In this document: positions 39,649-51,835 of the stretch, one piece after another
Layout of the letters: each line of letters begins with the position of its first letter
Numbering within the stretch: the stretch's first letter is position 1
Origin: Octopus sinensis
Taxonomy: Eukaryota
DNA length: 64,000 nucleotides
Direction: 5' to 3'
Assembly (NCBI RefSeq): GCF_006345805.1
Contig: NC_043010.1
Span: 7,068,001-7,132,000 of the forward strand
The notes under the pieces: model-generated
The model's database searches: none
Told to the model about the DNA's origin: nothing
The model's input: the letters and a program-made list of their open reading frames with translations, nothing else
Program-made: the position numbers and the translations under genes

Positions 39649-40140
39649 TTCAATTTCAGTTACTAGGGGATGCTGCTTAGGGGGGAAGCAACATCGTTGC
39701 CAGTTGCTGTTTCTCAAACAGCCAAGAACCTTAAGGCTCTTTTCTCCATCTTGTTAAAATGTGGTAAATTATTTCATCTACTCATGTAAAATGGTAATCT
39801 TGTTGAAGATTTCAGTTAGAATGTTTAACACATGTAGCTTGGCATGGAAATAGGACATGCAGATGAAATTTACAAAGTAGTCCTCATTAACATTAAAAAA
39901 CAACTCCATGTGGTAAATGGTGATGAACCTCTCTCAGTTTAACGACAGTGAAGTCACACTTTTGGCACCAAGTGAACTGTGATCACCACTGGTTTGATGA
40001 TAGAGACGTTCTGTATTAAAAGGAACTGAATTAAATATTCCACAAAAATCAGATGTTTATTCGTGTTCCAAACACCATCTTTATAATAAGAAAGTGAAAA
40101 ATGTAGTGTTTTTTCTTTTTTTCTTTCTTTTTTTTTTTCT

Positions 40141-40522
40141 TTTTTACTTGTTTCAGTCATTTGACTGCGGCCATGCTGAAGCACCGCCTTTAGTCGAGCA
40201 AATCGACCCCGGGACTTATTCTTTGTAAGCCCAGTACTTATTCTATCGGTCTCTTTTGCCGAACCGCTAGGTGACGGGGACACAAACACACCAGCATTGG
40301 TTGTCAAGCAATGCTAGGGGGACAAACACAGACACACAAACACATACACGCACACTTATATATATATATGCATATATACGACAGGCTTCTTTCAGTTTCC
40401 GTCTACCAAATCCACTCACAAAGCTTTGGTCGGCCCAAGGCTATAGCAGAAGACACTTGCCCAAGGTGCCATGCAGTGGGACTGAACCCGGAACCATGTG
40501 GCTGGTTAGCAAGCTACTTACC
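40141..40522 (-). mobile_element. SINE family A
   Basis: Full-length reverse copy. Confidence 0.92.
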
Positions 40523-40571
40523 ACACAGCCACTCCTGCGCCTGTAGTAACAAAATGGTTAACAACATGGAT

Positions 40572-40947
40572 TTTTAGCTTAGGAAAGAATCCCTAATAAT
40601 ATTACTAAGCAAATAGATCAAATGTAGAAATCATATCACAAGACCTCTGGCTAAGAAATCTTGAGCCACAAAAACTACTAATCTTATTGAGTGCACTAAA
40701 GGAGAGGATGCAATTATACCCAAACTTCACTTCATATCAACCAATACGTTCTTTTGAATTAGAAGACTTCAGTTTCCAGTACACATAGGCTTTGACATGT
40801 CAATCAATAAATTCCAAAGAAATGCAATTGCTGGGCTACCTTTTAAAGAATCCTGCTTTGCTCATGGCCAATTTTTTGGAAGATGCAGAACATTTTTACT
40901 TATGGTTCTGCTAATAAAATCAAGAACAGTGTGTATCCTGAAATGCT
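40572..40947 (+). mobile_element. Helitron Rep-helicase (PIF1-like) C-terminal relic
   Basis: Stop-interrupted translation LRKESLIILL..TKGEDAIIPKL..RRLQFPVHIGFDMSINKFQ..CFAHGQ..KIKNSVYPEML resembles the Helitron pattern RLQFPVRLAFAMTINKSQ..CFSHGQLY..KNVVY. Confidence 0.75.
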
Positions 40948-41058
40948 GGCAAGACTGGTCAGAATACCTAAGGCCATGAAAAGTATAGATCTAATAACAA
41001 AGTGAGAGTCTTTACATCTCTTTGTATCAATGAGTGTGTTATTCCTGGCAATATTTGG

Positions 41059-41452
41059 ATACTCTTTTACTTGTTTCAGTCATTTGACTGCGGCCATGCT
41101 GGAGCACCGCCTTTAGTCGAGCAAATCGACCCCAGGACTTATTCTTTTGTAAGCCCAGTACTCATTCTATCGGTCTCTTTTGCCGAACCGCTAAGTAACG
41201 GGGACATAAACACACCAGCATCGGTTGTGAAGCAATGCTAGGGGGACAAACACAGACACAAACACATACACACACATATACATTTATACGACAGGCTTCT
41301 TTCAGTTTCCGTCTACCAAATCCACTCACAAGGCATTGGTCGGCCCGGGGCTATAGCAGAAGACACTTGCCCAAGATGCCACGCAGTGGGACTGAACCCG
41401 GAACCATGTGGCTGGTTAGCAAGCTACTTACCACACAGCCACTCATGCGCCT
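41059..41452 (-). mobile_element. SINE family A
   Basis: Full-length reverse copy. Confidence 0.92.
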
Positions 41453-42644
41453 ACAGGTATATTGTCATGTCAAGAGTTAGTTAGATTGGTGAGTAAGTAA
41501 TTTCTATATGAAGTGCCACATAACAAATGATTAGAATGTAAAATCTTATTCAATTCAAAGAGCCAACATATGCTGAAAAATAAGCAAGATATCCTGACAT
41601 TTTTATAATTTTGAGATGATTTATTACTAAAGCAGTTTAGCCTACTCACCTATGTTTTGCATTTTTATATATATTTGTTAGATGATTGATGAATGTTCTT
41701 AAAACTTCTTCTGTTCAGATATATTTTACCTGTTTAGTAATGATGATTAAATGTAAAAATTTAGTTGATGGAGATGACAAAAATTCATTTAAAACTAAAT
41801 ATACAACTGTTAAAATATTTTGTTTATCTAATTTTGAAATTTGAATTTACAATTTTGGTACAGAGAATGAAAAAATATGTATATGATAAAAACTCCATAT
41901 TTATATTTAAGCAATAATATTGATGCAGAAATAACAGTTCTATGAAAAAAAAAAAAAAAAAATCACAGTAGTGAGCACAGTTTCAGAATTATTTTTCAAA
42001 CAGAAGTACATGGCCTGAATGGGACTAGCAAAGTAATAATTTTAATTTAAATATTTTAAAGAAAATTATTATACAATTGTTACAGTATTTACATACTGGA
42101 TATTTCCTACATATTAATGTAGCTACAGAATGATGAATTAATATTTTATTGTGAATTTCTGAATATGAAACTTTTAGTTTTAGTTTAAACACAAATCATT
42201 GTTGTTTGATCTATAATCTATATAGTTGCCTTATAGTTTATTTGTCACTTATTATTCGGATTTGGTTTATTTTATTATCTGAAAATGTGTTCTGTTTATT
42301 GAATAGTGCCTAATGTAATAGCAACAAAATAAAAATGACCATCATAATGTACGTTATTTGTATATTTTGTATTAACTTAATTATGGAGTAAAGTTAAATT
42401 TTAGATGATATAAACTAAATTCCAGAATATATCTTTTAACTGTGTTTTTTTTTTCATTCAAATATTTTCCATTTCGATATGAGTCAAATAACAAAAAATA
42501 TAATAACAATAATAAAAGAATAAAAAAGCAATAGTAAAGAACTGAGATATAGAAAGCATGCAAACAAAAGGAGAATACAAAAAGGAAAAATACATGATAT
42601 AAAATATAATTCACAATTACCAGTATGAAGATTGATGTTTTATA

Positions 42645-42669
42645 TACATACATACATACATACATACAA

Positions 42670-42709
<40 letters not shown>

Positions 42710-43118
42710 TATGTGTGTGTGTGTGTGTGTGTATGTGTATATATGTGTGTAATAATATATATATATATATGTATATATATGTGTATATATATGTGTGTAT
42801 GTATATATATGTGTATATATATGTGTGTATATATATGTATATATATATGCATATATGTATATATACATGTATATATACATATGTATATATGCACATATAT
42901 ATATGTGTATATATATATATATATGCATGTATATATATGTATACATATGTATGCATATATATATATATGCATACATATATGCATATATATATGCATACAT
43001 ATATATACATATATATACTTGCATATATATATGTGTATGTGTATATATATATATATATATATGCATACATATATGCATATATATGCATACATATACATAT
43101 GTATATATATATATATTA

Positions 43119-43158
<40 letters not shown>

Positions 43159-43205
43159 AATATATGTGTGTGTTTGTGTGCATGTGTGTGTATATATGCA
43201 TGCAT
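42645..43205. repeat. Mixed TA/TG/CA microsatellite
   Basis: Direct inspection. Confidence 0.95.
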
Positions 43206-43254
43206 ATGTTTGTAATTAGGTAGGTATAAGCATCATGGATCAAAATATATTTAA

Positions 43255-43479
43255 CCCTTCAGCTGCTCCTCATGTAAGTAAATGCTTAAAAATCTTGATT
43301 TATGACATGAAAGCTAGAAATGTCTATTTGAATTCCTTATACCTCAAGAAACTGGTTGCTCTGTAAATGAATGTAACAATTAATTGTAATTAACCAATTA
43401 TAAAGCAGATCTAGAATGCCAGTTTTCAACATGCATAGAACACACTTTTTTTCTCTATATTTTGTTTGCAACCAAAGGG
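43255..43479. mobile_element. TTAA-flanked MITE-like element (third type)
   Basis: TTAA-CCCTT...AAAGGG-TTAA. Confidence 0.55.
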
Positions 43480-43682
43480 TTAAAAGGAATTTCTTTTATA
43501 AGAATATTCCCATGTAAATAGCATAAGCAGGCAAACAAATTCAATTTGCAGAAAGCTTTCATATTCTTTCTCAAAATAAAAGTAAATATAAATTCAGATT
43601 TAACTCTCTCTCCCCTAGCAAGAATTACCTAAGAACAATGCTATTAAATAATTAAATATAATCAATATTTCTGAGTACATAC

Positions 43683-43827
43683 CATGTAGATCTTTATAGT
43701 TTTCAGAATTTCCCTTGCTCAAGCCACGTCCACTATCAGCACAAGATATTGTAGACATCTCACTGTAATGGTAAGGGGCATTAACTGTAGTTTCTTTATT
43801 TTTCTCACTACAAGATGTCCCAGCAGT
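43683..43827 (-). CDS. Pcdh: Protocadherin cytoplasmic exon 2 (TAGTSCSEK...YSEMSTISCADSGRGLSKGNSENYKDLH)
   Basis: Open frame with a Ser-rich DSGRG motif like delta-protocadherin tail motifs. G|GTATGT donor after 43683. In-frame AAG acceptor gives first base 43827; a competing CAG acceptor gives 43841. Confidence 0.75.
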
Positions 43828-44237
43828 CTTTGAACATATGTCTGTATACAGCAGAAATGAGTTTACAGAGATACCTTCAAATTCTCCCATTCCAACATAT
43901 TTTCAGTTTTGTCTTTTTTTATTTGATTATTTTCTCTTACATGCTTGTGTTTTTTTTTTAATGTTTAAGTTTAAATGTGTGTTTATTAATTCCAAATACA
44001 TTAGATTATAAGCTCCACATTTGAATTATATATTTCTGTGTAAACAGACAGTTACATTCTATTCAATATATAAAGAAATCTACATCAAATTAAAATCATA
44101 TTTTAATGAGATGTTTTACCTTTACAATGAATTTGTAACAGCCTAAGGTAAATTTGGACTTGACAGACCATGAAACTATTTTCTTAATGTGTAACATCGT
44201 CATCAGAACAACATGCATAACTTACTGTAATAAACCT

Positions 44238-44432
44238 TTCTACTGGAATCTGTGGTGGGGTGGATTAGTCGATTACATCGACCCCAGTCCTTGACTGGTA
44301 CTTATTTTATTGACCCTGAAAGGATGAAAGGCAAAGTTGACCCCTGCGGAATTTGGACTCAGAACATAAAGACAGATGAAATGCTATTAAGCATTTAGCC
44401 TGGCATGCTAATGATTCTGCCAACTTGCCACT
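44238..44432 (-). mobile_element. SINE family B
   Basis: Reverse copy. Confidence 0.82.
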
Positions 44433-45464
44433 GTAATAGCTTACTGTAATAATACAGATCATAATTTGATCATTGTCACTGTAAAGCTCATAGCAGAGCT
44501 TTACAAGACATAATTTTGCTTAACTGCTGCTGAGGTGTGTGGAACTGTTTGGGTCAGATCAAAATATGAAAATTCACATTGCATTTTCATTAATGGGTCA
44601 AAAAGATTTATGCTGTTGTTGATGATAAATGAGATAAAGTTTAGCCAAACTGATCATAATCTATTCAATGTCATAACACCAGACCAATGCTCTTTACTAT
44701 AGCCAATGCTTGTTTTCTTGTTTATTTATGATAGATATTTAATATTTTTACAATCATATTTTTCATGCATAAGTACATTAAAAAAACACAACCAATTGAA
44801 ATGTTACTGCAAAAAACAACAACAACAACAACAATAATGATTACAAGAACAACAAGGAAAAATAATTGATATCTAAAACAACTTCTAAAAAACATTTGAT
44901 ATTTCCCACCACCTTATTTGACACACAACACAAACTGAAAGATTAACATGTTAACCAAAGATAGTTAAGAATAAATATTATATTTAAGGATTAAGATATT
45001 TCTGTAAGAAAAGAAGGTATGAAATATTTTTACTAGCTTTAAAAATCAAACAACAATAAAAAATATGTTAATTCACTGAAACTGAGAAAATTTCACAATA
45101 CTTGAATATTGCTTGTATGGGATGTAAATTTTAGGCTACTTTTAAAACTAATAATGTGTGTGGGGGGGGTATGCGTGCATATATTTGTGCATATAAAGTT
45201 AGTGTAAAGTTTTGGAATTTTGAGTTTTCTTAGGTTTAATTAGGCAATATTACAATTAAAAGTTTCATTTGACATTCAGTCGCTGTTAGTCACTGATTTG
45301 GTCTTGAAAGATGACTGCCATAGTTTTTACAGTAGGAATGTGAATGTGATTGTACACATGGTAACACTATTTTAGCTTCTATTTTATATTAATAATATAA
45401 AAATGAATGTATGCAATAAATACATGTATGTTTATGAATATATATATATGTGTATATGTATCAT

Positions 45465-45600
45465 CATTATCATCATCGTCATTTAACGTCCGCTTTCCAT
45501 GCTAGCATGGGTTGGAAGATTTGACTGAGGTCTGGCGAATCAGATAGCCGCACCAGGCTCCAATCTTGATCTGGCAGAGTTTCTACTGCTGGATGCCCTA
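45465..45600 (-). mobile_element. RTE-type 3' end
   Basis: Same tail, reverse orientation. Confidence 0.75.
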
Positions 45601-45816
45601 TATATATATAATATATAATATATATAATTGTGTATATATATATATATATGTAATAGCATGTTGTTAATGTCACAAGGGTTTAAAGACTTCAGGAACATGA
45701 AATAATTCTTCTTAAGAAATGTGAATCTCAAAGCAGATAAACCTTTGAGCAATAGTCCAATTATTGGGGTAAAAAACCCTTTTGGCAAAAAAAAGTTGCG
45801 TGACATATATACATAC

Positions 45817-45885
<69 letters not shown>

Positions 45886-46650
45886 GGTGCGTGTGTGTTT
45901 GTGTCTGTTTGATAACTGGTGTTGGTATGTTTACATGTGTGTGACTAAGTGGTTTGGCAAGAGAGACCGATAGAATAAATGCCAGATTTAATAAAGAGAA
46001 TAAATAAATACTGGCATCAATTCACTCAGCGAAAAATTCTTCAAGGTGGTGTCCCAGCAAGTAAATGATAAAAGGTAAAGTATGTGTTTGTGTGTATGTA
46101 TGCATACACACACACACACATACATACATTCTGATAGTTATGCACTGATATCAATGGGTTGAGAAACATACAAAAATTCATTACTTGTAGCATTTCAGGC
46201 ATTAATTTAATTCTTCAAGTAGATAATTTACTTGCACTCATAAATGCAAGGATAATTAGGTGTAAAAAATAGTCAATCATTGTCAAGAAGGATATATGTG
46301 TGTGCATATAAATACACATATTTGTGCATATACACACATATATGTATATGTATATATATATATATAATATATATATGTATATATATAGAATGTATATATA
46401 TATATATATAGAATATAAATATATATATGTATATATATAGAATGTATATATATATTATATAGAATATAAATTATATATATATATATATAGAATATATATA
46501 TATATATATATAGAATATATTCTATATATATATATGTGTGGAGATGTTCTTGACCGACAAGTGTTTTGATCTGAGATTGTGAGTTGAAACTAAAAGAAAT
46601 GCAGCAATTGTTTATTCTACACTGTAGTCATTTTATATATATATCTATAT

Positions 46651-46682
<32 letters not shown>

Positions 46683-46685
<3 letters not shown>

Positions 46686-47005
46686 TTTGATACTTTGATA
46701 CTTTGATAGGTTTCGGCCATTATTGGCCCAGGCCATGTCTAACTTAATAGCACCACCTGGTGAAGTCTTTCAAGTCAGAATTTGGGCACTATGGCCCACT
46801 CAAGTAGAGAGTTATTGTTTACAGAGACATATCCGGGTGTAGGGGTTATCCGGGATTTCTTGAAGGAATCTGTCCAAAGACTTCTTGAACCCTATAGGGT
46901 CAGTTTCTGTTTTAATGCGTTTTGGTGTAATGTTAAGAGAGCGGGGCCAATTGAGGTGAAATATTGTGCCGTATTGTTGTTATGAGATGAGAGTGCGATT
47001 TTTGT
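46683..47005 (-). mobile_element. L2/CR1-group LINE 3' end
   Basis: Frameshifted [40 protein letters not shown]; 3' stem-loop GGCC-AATAAT-GGCC and (ATCAAAGT)n tail. Confidence 0.65.
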
Positions 47006-47014
47006 TTATATATG

Positions 47015-47178
<164 letters not shown>

Positions 47179-47981
47179 AAACCTAATTTTCTATATATCT
47201 AATAAAAGATTTTATTTTCATTGAGCACGTATGTTCCAATTGTATTGGCAAAAAAAAGCGCATCTGCACTATTCATTATTGAAACTTTGCCTCGTTTAAG
47301 ACTGATCACTGATCTTAGTTGCTAAAAGTTTTACAGCTTCCTTTTGTCTCTTTATCTTTATTATATATTACAACTAACCTCAATCAACATCCACCTTACA
47401 TTTAATATGAAATATCACTGGTATCAATATCACTATTGAAAGATCATTTTCACTTTTTGTTTTTAATAAAGTTGCTTTAGTTTTATGCAGAGAAACTTTT
47501 ATGGTAAAACAATGAAACTAACTGGCAAAATTCAAAAAGTAAACTAATATATATCAGACAACAAAACATTGTTAAGACAGTGAAAGAAGTTGTGCGTAAA
47601 ATAATCTAAACTTAGAAAGAGGAGAAACTGGAAGTATGGGAGTGGCAATGTCCAAAACCTAATGACAATGAATAAAAGAAATCCAACACTGACAGTTTTC
47701 CATCTACTTAATAATATTGTTGCAGAACAATGGTTAATTCCATGAATAGGTATCGATTAAAATGTTAAAAATTCAGATGATATAATCTTCAATATGTATT
47801 GGTAGATAGGTAGGTTGGTGTTTCAGTAGGTACAGTCAGGTATTTTTATATATTCACAACTATTGAATTCATTAGCCAATGATGGTGGATCTAAATGGTC
47901 ATTCAACTCATTTGAAATACTAGCCACATTTTTCTCAAATTACTTGCTAGATTTTACTAAAAAAAAATTCAAATTTTATCA

Positions 47982-48391
47982 AGGCGCAGGAGTGGCTGTG
48001 TGGTAAGTAGCTTGCTAACCAACCACATGGTTCCGAGTTCAGTCCCATTGCGTGGCATCATGGGCAAGTGTCTTCTGCTATAGCCCTGGGCTGACCAATG
48101 CCTTGTGAGTGGATTTGGTAGACGGAAACTGAAATAAGCCTGTCGTATATATGCATATATATATTTATGTATGTGTGTGTGTTTGTGTTTGTCCCCCCAA
48201 CATTGCTTGACAACCGATGCTGGTGTGTTTACGTCCCCGTCACTTAGCGGTTCAGCAAAAGAGACCGATAGAATAAGTACTGGGCTTACAAAAAGAATAA
48301 GTCCCTGGGTCGAGTTGCTCGACTAAAGGTGGTGCGCCAGCATGGCCGCAGTCAAATGACTGAAACAAGTAAAAGAGTAAAAGAGAGAGTA
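47982..48391 (+). mobile_element. SINE family A
   Basis: Full-length copy in Pcdh intron 1. Confidence 0.92.
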
Positions 48392-48939
48392 GTCCTCTAG
48401 CAAAGGATAAGAAAATCAGGGCTGGGAAACATTGAATCATAGGTCTGCTAAGTAAGGATTGATATGAGATTAAATAATAGCTATAAAAATCTTATTGAAT
48501 TTCTTAATATTATTGTTGGGTATATAAGAACATCTACTCTTCTCCAGATTTGTTCCTAGAAACTTATAAGAAAAAGCAACAACAACAAGTAGTGACTGTT
48601 AAGAAGGGAATATTTATGCATTTCAACCACGGAGAAGAGTCCCTAATCGTTGTTGATATTGAATATGGGTACTACTTGAAATTTATGCTATTTGTATTGG
48701 CTTATTGAGCAGCAGTCTATGGCAGATTATATACATTGTGTGAGTGTATCTTTGTATGTATGTCTATACATACATACATACACAAGCATACATACACATA
48801 TATACATATACATATCTATATTAAATATAATATTTATATATATTTTTATAAAATCAGAAAATTCAGAAGTCCAGGATGCTTCAGGTCCCAAGCTTACAAG
48901 ATAATTGGCCCTGTACTGTGTGTATATACCGATTGCTAG

Positions 48940-49095
48940 CCACTAAAGCATTTTTTATTCTCTCTCTGTTTATTTTCTCATGTTCCTTTCTGTTGAAGTG
49001 CATAGGCTCGAAACATAAAAGACTTTTCTCACCTTCCCAAGCGTTAAACTAATACAACCTGCCTTTGTCTTTTGTTTTTTTGTAAATTCCAACTA
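48940..49095 (+). mobile_element. Decayed hammerhead element related to the 37.3-kb insert
   Basis: CTTT-CTGTTGA-A-GTGC(ATAG)GCTC-GAAA-CA-T-A-AAAG at 48986-49021; shares downstream motifs (gagcgt/aagcgt..taatac); ends in (TA)n. Confidence 0.55.
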
Positions 49096-49098
49096 TAT

Positions 49099-49140
<42 letters not shown>

Positions 49141-49141
49141 T

Positions 49142-49189
<48 letters not shown>

Positions 49190-49647
49190 TTGTATATATA
49201 TAAAAGGCAAAGCCACCAAGAATAATTTTGCAAGGTAGAACAAGACTATTTTCATTCCCAACTCTAGGGGTTTCTTAGAGATGGCGTGGGGGGGGGGGCA
49301 TCACTGTTAGATATTCATGGACCCTCTGAATTCACTTATTACAGGCACTGAGTAGACATATACTCTAAATATACCATTTATTACATTTTTGTATTGTATT
49401 GTATTTGTGATTTTTCAAACCAAGTCAACTGTCATAAGACCTTGGGTTAGACCAAGAAGAAGATGGCTAGATAATATCCATAGTCTCAGATGGTCACTCT
49501 TTGCAATCCAGCCAGAAAGCGTGAAGATGGATGCGTTTGATAGGCCTCTAAGTCTCAGAACTCTACGCTTAAGATCCTCCCAGAAATAGTGGGTGAGGAA
49601 AATGGGTGAATGCATGCATATACATACATACATATATATGTACATAA

Positions 49648-49719
<72 letters not shown>

Positions 49720-49880
49720 ATATATATATAATATATATAATATATATATGCATATGTATGAGTATTTATGTATTCATATGTATACATGTAGGTATATATA
49801 TATATATATGTGTGTATTGCATAGCTCCATGTTTGCTACAAATTACTTATTACTCCTGATTTGAGATAAAGGTTTATAAG

Positions 49881-50285
49881 ATGTATGTATGTATGTATGT
49901 ATGTATGTATGTATGTATGTATGTATGTATGTATGTATGTATGTATGTATGTATGTATGTATGCATGTATGTATTTATGTATGTATGTATTTATGTATGT
50001 ATATATGTATTTATGTATGAATGTATGTATGTATGTATGTATGTATGTATTTATGTATGTATGTATGTATGTATGTATGTATTTATGTATGTATGTATGT
50101 ATTTATGTATGTATGTATGTATGTATGTATGTATGTATGTATTTATGTATGTATGTATGTATGTATGTATGTATGTATGTATGTATGTATGTATGTATGT
50201 ATGTATGCATGCATGTATGTATGTATTTATGTATGTATGTATTTTTGTATGTATTTATGTATGTATGTATGTATGTAAGTATGTA
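49881..50285. repeat. (TATG)n microsatellite
   Basis: Direct inspection. Confidence 0.95.
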
Positions 50286-51673
50286 TTATGTGTGTAGATA
50301 GATAGATAGACAGACAGATAGATAGATACTATTGGTATTAAGGAACAAAAACATTTCATTTTCATTAGTTCAGTTCTTTTTTTATCTCGCTGCCTAAATG
50401 TTCCTTTTGCAATTTGATTTTGGGAACAAAATGTTTAAATTACAAGTCTTTTTAGACATTAATTGGAAAGTGATATTTTCTTCATGTCTTATGTAAAACT
50501 TCTGACTTAAGACAAGAGATGCTGACAAATCTCTTGTTGACTACAAACGAGTAAAAGAGACAAGAAAGAATAGGAAAGTGGTTGTTCACAACTTTATCCA
50601 TCACATTTGAGATGTTGTTACTGAAGCCCAGGTCAATCCTGATCAAATAGATCTATGATGAATGTCGTTCCAATCATGACCATCACATCTTTTTTACATA
50701 GAAGGAACCCAAGACCACATCATCCACAGTATCCTTTTCTAAGATGGTAGGGCACAATTTGAAGGGATTTAGTTGCTATTCTTAGCAGGCCAAAAGACTA
50801 TGTAGAAGCTCCTTCATTGGCCTATACTATGATAATAGTTTGCAGAATCAGAGAAGTTGGCATTTTTAGGTACAGCTTTTACAGTATCCTACATTTCTGT
50901 AAGTCATTTTTAGTTGTACAATGAAAGAGAAAAGTTAAAGAATTTAGCAAACTGCAATTCAAAGACTGAAAAAAGTAAAAGTATGAAAGAATAAAAGAGA
51001 ACAACTAAGTTTGAAATTTGCAGTTTGAGAGAGGTAGCATGAACATTCTGAAGACTGATTGCCTTGTAGCAAACTAGAGCTGATTTGAGGCAAATCAGCT
51101 GGGTTTAAGTAGAAAAGAGGTTTCAAGTGATACCTTTATGACGTTAGAATATATTGCTTCAAACTATTTTGTCTTTTGCACTACTACATGTAAATAACTT
51201 GTTCTCAGAGAATAAATTATCATCTGTAATTTGTGTAAATTTATTTTCAGTTTATCAAGTTTACTTTCTAACTAATCTTATCTTCAGATACTGGAGGATT
51301 TGATTGCTTTTGTTGTGTGTACCAATTCGTAGTAATTATGGTTAGATATCTAAAGTTAAGTACAACTTGATTTTGATTATGGTGAAGAGCCTGCATATGT
51401 AAAATACTTCAAGATATATCATTTTATTAATTACAATATAATGACTTTAATTTGCTTGGATTAAGTAGTGTTGCTTTAAGTTTTAATTAAGAAAGATAAA
51501 AAGGCAGCACATTTTCATTTGTAAGAATTGCTGATAAATTATTACAGGTTAATTGTTATTATCAATTGCTTAAAAGTATTCTACACAGAGTTGTATATAT
51601 ATAGAGAGAGAGTGAGAGAGGAAGAGCTGAGGGAGAAAGAGATTGATAGATACATAGATAGATAGATGGAGAG

Positions 51674-51704
<31 letters not shown>

Positions 51705-51835
51705 GAGAGAGATGGAGAGAGAGAGAATGGTGGAAGGAGACACAAACGTATGAACAGATCAATATAAATGCTCATATACATATAATTCATACAAATGTAC
51801 AGGTATATTATTAATTGCATAAGACATTGACTTAC

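Noticed and set aside
42381-43243. Long ORFs up to 235 aa (and similar YI/CV/MY-rich ORFs throughout)
   Set aside because: Translations of TA/TG/CA microsatellites, which lack stops in several frames.
44474-44510. Hairpin TGTAAAGCTC/GAGCTTTACA
   Set aside because: Only about 14 bp; too short for a miRNA and expected by chance.
46700-46740. Minus-strand GGCC-AATAAT-GGCC-GAAAC as a hammerhead
   Set aside because: Core reduced to CTG with no matching stem I; better explained as the LINE 3' stem-loop before the tail.
50966-51000. Strong minus-strand acceptor as a missing Pcdh exon
   Set aside because: Degenerate SINE A tail; the frame stops quickly with no Pcdh-like content.
51581-51835. C-terminal 84 aa of the 918-aa ORF
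   Set aside because: Follows a consensus CAG|GTAAGT donor and runs into microsatellite; intronic read-through.
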